Part shown: positions 1 to 7,999 of the stretch, piece after piece
Layout of the letters: each line of letters opens with the position of its first letter
Numbering within the stretch: position 1 is the first letter of the stretch
From: Candidatus Dojkabacteria bacterium
GTDB taxonomy: Bacteria > Patescibacteriota > Dojkabacteria > GCA-002793355
Assembly (NCBI GenBank): GCA_030583685.1
Contig: CP129470.1
Span: 212,345-276,344 of the forward strand
DNA: 64,000 bases
Direction: 5' to 3'
Translations under genes and position numbers: made by a program
The notes under the pieces: model-generated
The model's input: the letters and a program-made list of their open reading frames with translations, nothing else
Databases searched by the model: none
Told to the model about the DNA's origin: nothing

Positions 1-435
1 CGATTTCAGCGTGACGGGATTAATGCCAATTTTTCCTAAAAATTCATCAGGTAAAACATCTTGTTCGGGATTAAACGTAAAAACAATGTCATCTTTTAAG
101 TGAAAACTCGTCGGGAAAAAATCAACTAATTCTAAGGTTGAGTAGGGGATTGCCGCACAATGATACTCAGTGACATCATTTTCCTTTTGAACAGTTTTAT
201 GCAAGACGCAAAAAGGGATTATAATTCTAGTTGTGGAATCATCAACTTGCTCCTGCTTCATTTTGAATACGCCCTCTGCAACGACAGGAAGTGCTACTGA
301 GGAATCAACTTTCCATGTATTATTATCGTCCCAGGCAATCTGAGCTTCTCTCATAATCCATACCAATCCTCCGAGAAAAAGCGCAACAATAAGAGTAATG
401 AGTGAGATACCAACTACTTTCTTCTTCACCTGCAT
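1..435 (-). CDS. hypothetical membrane-anchored protein, truncated by window edge (145 aa visible, N-terminal TM helix)
   Basis: ATG at 433-435 (minus); reading frame open to position 1 with no stop (MQVKKKVVGISLITLIVALFLGGLVWIM...); absent from supplied ORF track because it runs off the edge; 40 bp downstream of the sortase gene on the same strand. Confidence 0.5.
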   Translation of the reverse strand, partial: MQVKKKVVGISLITLIVALFLGGLVWIMREAQIAWDDNNTWKVDSSVALPVVAEGVFKMKQEQVDDSTTRIIIPFCVLHKTVQKENDVTEYHCAAIPYSTLELVDFFPTSFHLKDDIVFTFNPEQDVLPDEFLGKIGINPVTLKS

Positions 436-475
436 AGCAACTTATACTAAAATTCACGACAAGTGGCAAGTTCTT

Positions 476-1186
476 CTATTGAATTCTCTGAGCGTACACG
501 ACAATCCTGACCGGCGACTTCAAATGCTTACAGGTGTACAAAATAATATCTGCATTGTAATCCGTAAGTTGTGTGTTTTCTTCTACTTTGTACACCTTGT
601 ACACATACGCTCGTTGCTCCCAAATCAACTGAAACGTATCGCCTTCTTTTAAATTAGGAAGGTTCGCGAATGTATTCGTTTTACGAAATGCAGAAGACCA
701 TTCTATATACCCATACCGATGGGCAGCAAGAATAATCGGAGAGTCATTTCGGAGGGGAGTTCCGAACTCAGGAACTCGCCAAATTCCATTATAGAGAGCT
801 CTCTTTGAGTCGTTTCCTTCTTGAAGGATACCATTGACGCCAATTTTGGGAATTTTCAAGGTATTCTCGCGAGGAAGAGATGCATCAAATTGAGGAAGTG
901 CCAAACGAGGTTTTTCAGTCGGTGTTGGGGTTGGGGTAAAACCAATTGGTGTAGGCGTTGTCGTTAGACTAGGGGTTGGACCAATAACGGCACCAATACC
1001 AATAAACCCTGTTAAAGTATCAACTTCATCTGATGTTGCTTCGACATTAATTCGATAATATACCCACGGGAGTGCTGGAATCAGTAATAAAATGGTGCCT
1101 GCTGTTATCAACAAAAAACCCACATACGATAAAATAAAGGAAATATCTTTTAAGGTTCGTTGTTTTCTGTCAACTGCAAACTCCAT
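476..1186 (-). CDS. sortase-family transpeptidase (N-terminal TM anchor, Pro/Thr-rich linker, catalytic domain)
   Basis: Catalytic His in IILAAHRYGY, Cys in ILYTCKH (TLxTC-like), Arg in SPVRIVVY about 10 aa later; N-terminal hydrophobic anchor; TPSLTTTPTPIGFTPTPTPTEKP linker. Confidence 0.78.
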   Translation of the reverse strand: MEFAVDRKQRTLKDISFILSYVGFLLITAGTILLLIPALPWVYYRINVEATSDEVDTLTGFIGIGAVIGPTPSLTTTPTPIGFTPTPTPTEKPRLALPQFDASLPRENTLKIPKIGVNGILQEGNDSKRALYNGIWRVPEFGTPLRNDSPIILAAHRYGYIEWSSAFRKTNTFANLPNLKEGDTFQLIWEQRAYVYKVYKVEENTQLTDYNADIILYTCKHLKSPVRIVVYAQRIQ

Positions 1187-1232
1187 AGGTGATTATAAAG
1201 CTTTAACGCGATTAGAGCAATGAAAGCGTTAA
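1187..1232 (-). promoter_or_regulatory. conserved 45-bp promoter/operator element upstream of sortase gene (-10 TATAAT at 1192-1197 on minus, 5 nt before ATG; -35-like TTGCTC/TTGCTT)
   Basis: ATTATAaaGCTTTaAcGCGATTaGAGCAATgAAaGCGTTAA is near-identical to elements at 2201-2246 and 3195-3238; TATAAT-cacct-ATG geometry implies a leaderless transcript. Confidence 0.55.
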
Positions 1233-1291
1233 TGAGGTGTGAGCTTCACAAGAAGGTAAAGCACCGAAGCGATTAAAGCTTCAAACTTGCG

Positions 1292-2200
1292 TTACCGTTT
1301 TGTCTTCAGCATTCTTGCCCCCATGAACGAAACGACCCCGACGACGTACAACATTCCACCCATCCAGAGTAAGATATCATCTGCAAAACCAGTATCCGTT
1401 GGAGTATGTGTCACCGATGGTGTTCTATCGACAGAAGTTAGCGGTGGAGATGGAGTTCTTGTGAGTGGTTCAGTTGTTGTGACGGGAACAGTCGTTGTAA
1501 CAGGAACGGTTGTCGTTACAGGAACGGTTGTTGTCACCGCGATTGCTTTCATCGCCCAGAGCGCTGCAGCATCATTAAAGTCAGCATCAACTGGGTCGCT
1601 TCCTCGAGTATCAGCGAAACAGGCAGCGGCAGTATCTATCGTATTTTTTTGGCGTTGATTATAAAGAAAGAGAGTACTCCCCGATTCAGATAAGTCAGGA
1701 TGCACTTCCTGTCGAGAGGCATCATCGAGGTCTGAAATTGAAATGACCGCATAATGCCCCGTTAGGCAATTTTCACCACTACACGGACAGCCCGTTCCAC
1801 AGGTGCTACGGTGAGGACTCACATTACTTGGCATCCAGCGAGGAAATGCGGTCGTACACGTTCCCCCGGTACAAATATAAAATTCATAGCGGTAGGTCTG
1901 CTCGGTCGCAGTTGGTGGGCGAGTATCCCATAACGTACCTCCTTCATTCGAATTGCGAGTAATTGTTGCAATCACCGCTCCGCCTTGTTTTACCAGCACT
2001 CTTACTCTGTGCTGACTTTTAAAATAAAAGCGCAGCTCATGATTCGGACGAGACTTCACATCGACATAATGTCTGTTAATGTAATTTGATGAATTACAGC
2101 TCACATTGGCCTGAGCCAGGACAGGCTTTTGGAATAACACAACATTCAGCAAGGAGAAGGCAATAATAAATGCAGAGAGAGTAATATTTCGTATAACCAT
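1292..2200 (-). CDS. secreted Cys-rich surface protein with VTTTVP repeats and C-terminal sorting domain (putative sortase substrate), paralog A
   Basis: N-terminal signal peptide (…VVLFQKPVLAQA); about 12 Cys in mature region; (VTTTVP)x3-4; C-terminus HTPTDTGFADDILLWMGGMLYVVGVVSFMGARMLKTKR = motif + hydrophobic helix + basic tail; adjacent sortase. Confidence 0.75.
   Translation of the reverse strand: MVIRNITLSAFIIAFSLLNVVLFQKPVLAQANVSCNSSNYINRHYVDVKSRPNHELRFYFKSQHRVRVLVKQGGAVIATITRNSNEGGTLWDTRPPTATEQTYRYEFYICTGGTCTTAFPRWMPSNVSPHRSTCGTGCPCSGENCLTGHYAVISISDLDDASRQEVHPDLSESGSTLFLYNQRQKNTIDTAAACFADTRGSDPVDADFNDAAALWAMKAIAVTTTVPVTTTVPVTTTVPVTTTEPLTRTPSPPLTSVDRTPSVTHTPTDTGFADDILLWMGGMLYVVGVVSFMGARMLKTKR
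1472..1537 (-). repeat. tandem 18-bp repeat (about 3.7 units) encoding VTTTVP linker
   Basis: gtgacgggaacagtcgtt / gtaacaggaacggttgtc / gttacaggaacggttgtt seen directly; generates the spurious antisense ORFs 1287..1658 and 2398..2607 in the ORF track. Confidence 0.7.
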
Positions 2201-2246
2201 AGGGTATTATAATGCTTTCACGCGATTGAAGCAATAAAAGCGTTAA
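2201..2246 (-). promoter_or_regulatory. conserved promoter/operator element upstream of paralog A (-10 TATAAT at 2206-2211 on minus, 5 nt before ATG)
   Basis: ATTATAatGCTTTcAcGCGATTgaAGCAATaAAaGCGTTAA; quasi-palindrome GCTTtCA-cgcgat-TGAAGC lies in the -35/spacer region. Confidence 0.55.
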
Positions 2247-2285
2247 GAACACGGCATTCTAGTTTTACTCCGCTTCAAACCTGCT

Positions 2286-3194
2286 TTATCGCTTCACCTT
2301 TAGTATTCTTGCCCCCATAAAGGAAACAACACCAACAACGTACAGAATTCCGCCCATCCATAACAATATATCATCTGCAAAACCAGTATCCGTTGGGGTG
2401 TGGGTCACTGATGGCGTTCGATCAACCGAAGTCAATGGCGGAGAAGGAGTTCTTGTTAATGGTTCAGTCGTCGTTACAGGGACAGTTGTCGTGACAGGAA
2501 CGGTTGTCGTAACCGGAGGAGATGTCGGGACTGTTTCTGCTTTTACTGACCAAACTGTTGCAAAATCATTAAAATCATCGTCTGCCGTACCTGCTTCTTC
2601 AGGTTGATCATTCCAACACACTAATGAAGTATCGCGGCCAACAGTTCGTTGTGCAGGAAGAAACAAACTATACCCACTGGTATTCAAATTATACAGTTGA
2701 TACTCGTTTGTTGTCGCACTATTTAATAATCCTTCATGGTTGATGAGTACAAAATGGTTGCCTTCAATAGGGCAACCTGTGCCACACTTTTTATCATGTG
2801 GTGCAACATTACTGGGCACCCAGCGGGGGACTAAGTCGCAATTTGTAAAGCCAGCATCATAACAACTAAAAAGGCGATATCGATAGGTGGTTTCCGTTGC
2901 TTGTGCTGGTCGCGTATCAATGAGCACGCTAGCACCATTAAACACATTTTTATTGACCGTTTGTATGACGGACCCATTTCGAGAGATCTCAACTTTCAAG
3001 TATGTATCTGCGCTCGCGTACATGCGGACAGAATGATTCGCAGGTGCTTTTATGTCAATAAACGATTGATTCTTGTAGTATGCTGCATTACAACTGACGT
3101 TCGCTTGGGCCATGACAGGCTTTTGCATGAGTACTGCATTCACAAAGGTAATTGCAATCACAAAGCTAGAGAGAATAATAGTTCGTATAACCAT
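2286..3194 (-). CDS. secreted Cys-rich surface protein with VTTTVP repeats and C-terminal sorting domain, paralog B (start trimmed to Met25 of track ORF 2286..3266)
   Basis: Start at 3192-3194 gives the same 302-aa length as paralog A and places ATG 6 nt after the conserved TATAAT; C-terminus HTPTDTGFADDILLWMGGILYVVGVVSFMGARILKVKR is nearly identical to paralog A; the N-terminal halves have diverged. Confidence 0.72.
   Translation of the reverse strand: MVIRTIILSSFVIAITFVNAVLMQKPVMAQANVSCNAAYYKNQSFIDIKAPANHSVRMYASADTYLKVEISRNGSVIQTVNKNVFNGASVLIDTRPAQATETTYRYRLFSCYDAGFTNCDLVPRWVPSNVAPHDKKCGTGCPIEGNHFVLINHEGLLNSATTNEYQLYNLNTSGYSLFLPAQRTVGRDTSLVCWNDQPEEAGTADDDFNDFATVWSVKAETVPTSPPVTTTVPVTTTVPVTTTEPLTRTPSPPLTSVDRTPSVTHTPTDTGFADDILLWMGGILYVVGVVSFMGARILKVKR
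2465..2514 (-). repeat. tandem 18-bp repeat encoding VTTTVP linker (paralog B copy)
   Basis: gtcgtcgttacagggacagttgtcgtgacaggaacggttgtcgtaacc. Confidence 0.6.
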
Positions 3195-3238
3195 AAGATG
3201 ATTATAGTGCTTTAAAGCGATTGAAGCAATTAATAAAC
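3195..3238 (-). promoter_or_regulatory. conserved promoter/operator element upstream of paralog B (-10 TATAAT at 3201-3206 on minus, 6 nt before ATG)
   Basis: ATTATAgtGCTTTaAaGCGATTgaAGCAATtAA aligns with the other two copies. Confidence 0.5.
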
Positions 3239-3343
3239 AGAGCAGATTAAGAGTGAATTGTAACAATATTGGATAGAAATGTCAATACTATAGGCCAACC
3301 AGCATTGTTTTGTTGTACCCTCGTAACACCGCCTTCTTATCAT

Positions 3344-3371
3344 TGACAGTGCCCTTGTCTTATAGTATAAT
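3344..3371 (+). promoter_or_regulatory. sigma70-type promoter: TTGACA (3344-3349), 16 bp spacer, TATAAT (3366-3371), ATG at 3377, implying a leaderless mRNA
   Basis: Perfect consensus hexamers read directly; only 5 nt between -10 and start codon; no Shine-Dalgarno. Confidence 0.6.
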
Positions 3372-3376
3372 ACTCC

Positions 3377-3604
3377 ATGAACAATACTACTGCTAAAAAA
3401 TTGGTTGTCGCATTATTCGTTTACATTACTTTTACAGGAGTAACTCTTGTACTTGCTGATGGAAACGGATCACCAAACCCCTACCATATACCCGTTGATA
3501 CGGGTATTAACTTTGACGCCAGCATACTTGCAGGTGCAGGGTTGTACGGAGTTGGTGTATTGATGACCAGTGGAGCGAAGGCTCTCAAAGCAAAACTTCA
3601 GTAA
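3377..3604 (+). CDS. 75-aa mini-protein: signal peptide, about 15-aa mature segment, then the same C-terminal sorting domain as the Cys-rich paralogs (putative minimal sortase substrate)
   Basis: MNNTTAKKLVVALFVYITFTGVTLVLA|DGNGSPNPYHIPVDTGINFDASILAGAGLYGVGVLMTSGAKALKAKLQ; H-I-P-V-D-T-G + hydrophobic helix + KALKAK tail aligns with HTPTDTGFADD…ARMLKTKR. Confidence 0.6.
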   Translation: MNNTTAKKLVVALFVYITFTGVTLVLADGNGSPNPYHIPVDTGINFDASILAGAGLYGVGVLMTSGAKALKAKLQ

Positions 3605-3605
3605 T

Positions 3606-3625
3606 CTAAGATCACTTAGTTTATT
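3606..3625 (+). terminator. weak hairpin (ctaag-atca-cttag) followed by TTTATT immediately before the next ATG; possible partial terminator/attenuator
   Basis: 5-bp stem and T-rich tail seen directly; weak. Confidence 0.25.
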
Positions 3626-4384
3626 ATGAAGTTTTCGCTCATCATTCCAGCAAAAAACGAAGAAAAGCGAATTGTCTTGCCATTATTGGATTATTATAAT
3701 GCATTACAACAACGCTTTGGGAACGGTCAGTTTGAAATCATCATTGTCGTCAATAACACAACGGACCGAACTGTTTCGCTTCTTAAATCCCTCACTTCTA
3801 TTCTTCGCGCAAACGAAATCAAAATTTTTGATATCGGAAATGCGGAATCAAAAGGAAGGTCTGTTTTGTATGGACTCAAAAAAGCAAAAGGGGACATAGT
3901 CGGGTTTACAGACGCAGATGGATCGTATAAATCTCAAGAAGTACTCAAATTCTACAGAAAATTAGTCACTTCAGAGGCAGATGCAATTATTCCTAATCGC
4001 TATTCTAAAAAGAGCGTGTTTACTGGGCACTTACCCATCATGCGTAAAATCTACAGTAGGTTCTTTAATTTGCTCGTACGATTTTTACTTGGATTATCCC
4101 ATAAAGATACGCAAGGAGGATTGAAGCTGTTTAGAAAAACTGCGGTGAAAAAAGTCCTTCCTTCTGTTGCGACCTTCGGATGGACCTTTGATGTCAGTAT
4201 TTTACATCAATTCAAACTACATGATTACACTGTTAAAGAATCAGCAATTGAGTGGACACACTATGACGGAGGATCAGTAAATTTTGTAAATACTGCCAGC
4301 AACATCATCAGGGAGCTCTATTTGCTCACCGTTTCTCACTATACAAGAAAGGCTCCCCTTGAACTTTTGTCCTTAAAAAATTAA
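3626..4384 (+). CDS. GT2 glycosyltransferase (Dpm1/polyprenyl-phosphate sugar synthase-like)
   Basis: LIIPAKNEE…; FTDADGSY (DXD region); 252 aa. Confidence 0.8.
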   Translation: MKFSLIIPAKNEEKRIVLPLLDYYNALQQRFGNGQFEIIIVVNNTTDRTVSLLKSLTSILRANEIKIFDIGNAESKGRSVLYGLKKAKGDIVGFTDADGSYKSQEVLKFYRKLVTSEADAIIPNRYSKKSVFTGHLPIMRKIYSRFFNLLVRFLLGLSHKDTQGGLKLFRKTAVKKVLPSVATFGWTFDVSILHQFKLHDYTVKESAIEWTHYDGGSVNFVNTASNIIRELYLLTVSHYTRKAPLELLSLKN

Positions 4385-4396
4385 AATGCTCAAAAT

Positions 4397-5509
4397 ATGA
4401 GCAAATTTCTTTGGTTTTCCTGGAAAGACAAAACCCACCCTTTGGCTGGTGGAGCAGAGGTTATTAGCACAGAACTGCAGAAGGGACTCATTGCGCAAGG
4501 CCATGAAGTCACTCTCATTACAAGTATGTATTCCGGAGCTAGGAAAGAAGAGATTATCAATGGTATCACCGTAATCAGGCTTTCGGCACCACGTGTATTA
4601 TTGCCATTCATCAGCGTTCTTTACTATCTCACCAAATTACGAGGAAAAGCAGACTATCTCATTGAAGAAGTCAATACTGCACCATACTTGTTAAATTACT
4701 TCAAGAAAAAGGAGAGAGTGGCACTCTTATTTCATCAACTTGCTGAGGAAGTTTGGGATTATGAATTCTCATTTCCCTTTAACTTACTCGGAAGATACGT
4801 ACTTGAACCAACTGCACTGTATTTGAACAAAATATCTAAGAGAACCGTTGTTATGTCAGAAAGTACAAAGAAAGGATTGCTGAAATACGGTTATACTGAA
4901 TCGACTGTTGCAATAATTTCAGAAGCCACAGATTTACAAAAGTTACAACCAAATGAAACAATTAAAAAAGCTCAAGACTTTACGGTCACCTATTTTGGGA
5001 GCATGCGTCATATGAAAAGACCCGAAGAAGTTATCAAAGCGTTTGCATCTTCGTTGCGAGGAACGTCAGCCAAGTTACTACTGGCGGGAGGTGCTAATGA
5101 AAAGCGAGCAAAGGAATTACTTGAATTGGTCGATACTCTCGGTCTTTCAGAACAAACCACCTGGATGGGAAGAATTAGCGACCAAGAAAAGCGCGAACTT
5201 TTCAAAAAATCACATGTCGTTTGTATGACCAGCATTAAAGAAGGGTGGGGGATTGTCATTATGGAAGCGGCATTTTTTGAGGCTGCAGGAGTTGTGTACG
5301 ACGTTGACGGACTCAGAGAGGCAGTCATCGACAAAAAAACTGGCATTATCGTAAAAAGTAACACATTTGAAAAACTAGGAGAAGCCCTCAAATTCTTGTA
5401 CGAACACCCAGATATCTGTAAGAAGTTAGGGGAAAACGCGAGAGAATTCAATGAAAAGTTTTCATTTGAACGAACATGCGCTGAGTTTATTGCAAGTATT
5501 GAAAAATAA
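4397..5509 (+). CDS. GT4 (GT-B fold) glycosyltransferase
   Basis: N-terminal HPLAGGAEV motif; C-terminal EGWGIVIMEAAFFEAAGVV (E-x7-E-like). Confidence 0.78.
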   Translation: MSKFLWFSWKDKTHPLAGGAEVISTELQKGLIAQGHEVTLITSMYSGARKEEIINGITVIRLSAPRVLLPFISVLYYLTKLRGKADYLIEEVNTAPYLLNYFKKKERVALLFHQLAEEVWDYEFSFPFNLLGRYVLEPTALYLNKISKRTVVMSESTKKGLLKYGYTESTVAIISEATDLQKLQPNETIKKAQDFTVTYFGSMRHMKRPEEVIKAFASSLRGTSAKLLLAGGANEKRAKELLELVDTLGLSEQTTWMGRISDQEKRELFKKSHVVCMTSIKEGWGIVIMEAAFFEAAGVVYDVDGLREAVIDKKTGIIVKSNTFEKLGEALKFLYEHPDICKKLGENAREFNEKFSFERTCAEFIASIEK

Positions 5510-7191
5510 TGAACACGTTATTATTTGTCGTAAAAAGTTTTATAACTTCACACTGGGGCAAACTTGTGGTTTTACTTGGGTGCGTCACTATACTCTTGAG
5601 CAACGTTGATTCGACAAAAACCATCATGGGGCTAGACAACGCCTCACCATGGTTCGGAATGACATATGTGTATAACCTCATCGAGGAAGCTGAATCTTTC
5701 GTCGAATTTGGACCAATCGTGTTCTCCCCGTTACTCCACATTGCATATGTGTTTACTGCTCAGGCATCACTCATTTCACAATTCGTTTACTGGGGCAATT
5801 TCTTCCTTGGGATTCTCGGTATTTTGTACTTATTCAATCGCACAATCAAGCTCGAGCATAATCTATTGAGTATCTCAGGGTTTATCCTGATTATCGCGCA
5901 TTTGTCGACAATTTGGATGTTTTCTCAACCGACTTTTCTGTTCACTCACGCGTTTGCAGGAATTCCTTGGTTAATTGTTCTTTTCCTTGGCCGAGATCGA
6001 CAGAATCAATTCTGGCTACTCCCCACAATTCTTGGCCTCTTTTCATTCTTGCCCACATATCTTAACCCTGTCGCATTTACGACATATTTTATATGTTCGC
6101 TGCTCCTTGCATACTTTTTGAAACAGGAAATGACCATCAAGAATATTTTGAGGAAAGGATTAATCGTAGGAGTAGCATTATTGCTATGTATTCAGGTAAC
6201 CATGCTTCTTACGGGAAAAGCAACAACAGTCTGGCATGATTTGCATACATACACACAATCTCAACTTGAGAACCAAGAAAACTTGCTCGCTTCAGAAGGG
6301 CTCCGCGCAAGTGAAATTGAACACAACTCCTTTACTAATGTTATGCGATTTGTAACAGGCTGGATTGAACTCAACGACCTTGACTCGCAAAGTTTATTTG
6401 TCCACACCGAGTTATACCAAAAGAATATTATCTTCATTGTTATTCAGCTTGCTCCGATTGTATTCATTATCTGGTGGTACTACCTGAAAAGACGAGGTAC
6501 TGCAAAACAGCGGCAGTTACTCACAACCTTTTTTATAACTGTCGTTCTTTGTTCCTCGTATTTCCTTATTTGGATTGGAAGAATTCCGTACCTGAGCGAT
6601 GCATGGCGATGGCCAACCAGTAAAGTGTGGCCACTGTTAACGTTGCCCGTGTGGTATCTCTTCTTGTCTGCAATGAGGGAACTTCCCGCAAAGGTGAAAA
6701 CTCGTGCAATTCTAATTTTTACCCTTGCAGCTTCACTTCTCACCTTCCCCTGGTTTTCTTCATTGAACAATTATCGCGACAGAGTTGATTACTTTGCTGC
6801 TTCAGAGGGAATAATGTCGCCCTATGTCAGTCATACTGTGCCACAAGAATATTTGCAGCTTCAAACACTTTCGAAGGAGGATACGATACTCGCTCTCGAT
6901 AAACCACAAAAAGGGTTTTATCGCTACTATCCTTGGGGATACTACGGCACCGATTTTCTGTCATTTCTCACGAAGGCAACAATCATTGACGGAACGAGAA
7001 CGAATGCTGTCAACCAGGACTATATGCAGTATCTACAGTATCCAAACAGCTGGAAAAGTGCGACCATAACGCATCTTCTTGTTAATAAGAATACTGAAGC
7101 ACTATCTCAAGATTTAGAAATTCTGCGACAAGTATACGACGTACTCCTCGATAACCAATACTTTACTTTATTGAAAATTACGTATGATTAG
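5509..7191 (+). CDS. polytopic membrane protein (560 aa, more than 12 TM), putative GT-C-type glycosyltransferase/polymerase
   Basis: Multiple hydrophobic helices plus C-terminal soluble region; start overlaps upstream stop (TAATG); within glycosylation cluster. Confidence 0.45.
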   Translation: MNTLLFVVKSFITSHWGKLVVLLGCVTILLSNVDSTKTIMGLDNASPWFGMTYVYNLIEEAESFVEFGPIVFSPLLHIAYVFTAQASLISQFVYWGNFFLGILGILYLFNRTIKLEHNLLSISGFILIIAHLSTIWMFSQPTFLFTHAFAGIPWLIVLFLGRDRQNQFWLLPTILGLFSFLPTYLNPVAFTTYFICSLLLAYFLKQEMTIKNILRKGLIVGVALLLCIQVTMLLTGKATTVWHDLHTYTQSQLENQENLLASEGLRASEIEHNSFTNVMRFVTGWIELNDLDSQSLFVHTELYQKNIIFIVIQLAPIVFIIWWYYLKRRGTAKQRQLLTTFFITVVLCSSYFLIWIGRIPYLSDAWRWPTSKVWPLLTLPVWYLFLSAMRELPAKVKTRAILIFTLAASLLTFPWFSSLNNYRDRVDYFAASEGIMSPYVSHTVPQEYLQLQTLSKEDTILALDKPQKGFYRYYPWGYYGTDFLSFLTKATIIDGTRTNAVNQDYMQYLQYPNSWKSATITHLLVNKNTEALSQDLEILRQVYDVLLDNQYFTLLKITYD

Positions 7192-7999
7192 CATTGTTGT
7201 TTCGACAAAAAATGAAGAAGAAAATATCGGTAGATTGATTGAGTCGCTCAAAGCACAAACATACCAGAATTTTGAATTCATTTGTGTCGACAACTTCAGT
7301 ACAGACAGAACTACTGAAATTGTCAAGCAATATGGGTATGACGTTATCAGTAAAGGTCCTGAACGTTCGGTACAACGAAATGAGGGAATTAAAAGAGCAA
7401 AAGGGGAGTGGATTTTGTGGCTTGATTGCGATATGTCACTCTTGCCTGAGACACTCGAAACCTGCGTAAAACTGGCATCAGAGCACAGTTACGATTACTT
7501 GACGATACAAGAAAAAATTCCAGAAGTTTCGCTGTTTGCCAAAATGCGTAATTTCGAAAACAAGCTCCTCCTCAAAACAGTTATTTCCGTCCCTCGGTTT
7601 ATCAAAAGTTCACTTTTCAAGGAAATTAACGGATTCGACGAATCAATGACTGGGGCAGAAGATTGGGATATGGCAAAACGGCTTTCCCAACTTTCGCCAC
7701 GTAAGGGAATTCTGTATGTTTCAGAGACACGCGGCATCATTCATCATGAAGAATCAGTTTCTTACAGGCGCTTTCTCGAGAAGAAAAAGTATTACACCGC
7801 AGGTTGTATTTTGTACGAGAGGAAATGGGGCTCACGAGACCAAGATGTTCGCAGACAACTCCATGCTATTCCACGGCTCTGGCATATTGTTTCTGCACCA
7901 GGGAACCTTCAAACAATACTGTCACGTCCAGTTCTCTTTCTCTATCTTCTTTTGGTAAAAGCGCTGCCATCTTTGTTCACGTATAAAACCAGCCAGTAA
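7184..7999 (+). CDS. GT2 glycosyltransferase
   Basis: MISIVVSTKNEEENIGRLIESLKAQTYQNFEFICVDNFSTDRT…WLDCDM. Confidence 0.8.
   Translation: MISIVVSTKNEEENIGRLIESLKAQTYQNFEFICVDNFSTDRTTEIVKQYGYDVISKGPERSVQRNEGIKRAKGEWILWLDCDMSLLPETLETCVKLASEHSYDYLTIQEKIPEVSLFAKMRNFENKLLLKTVISVPRFIKSSLFKEINGFDESMTGAEDWDMAKRLSQLSPRKGILYVSETRGIIHHEESVSYRRFLEKKKYYTAGCILYERKWGSRDQDVRRQLHAIPRLWHIVSAPGNLQTILSRPVLFLYLLLVKALPSLFTYKTSQ

Noticed and set aside
1287-1658. Antisense ORFs 1287..1658 and 2398..2607 encoding (VVVTGT)n
   Set aside because: They are artefacts of translating the opposite strand of the VTTTVP tandem repeat and lie fully inside better-supported minus-strand genes.
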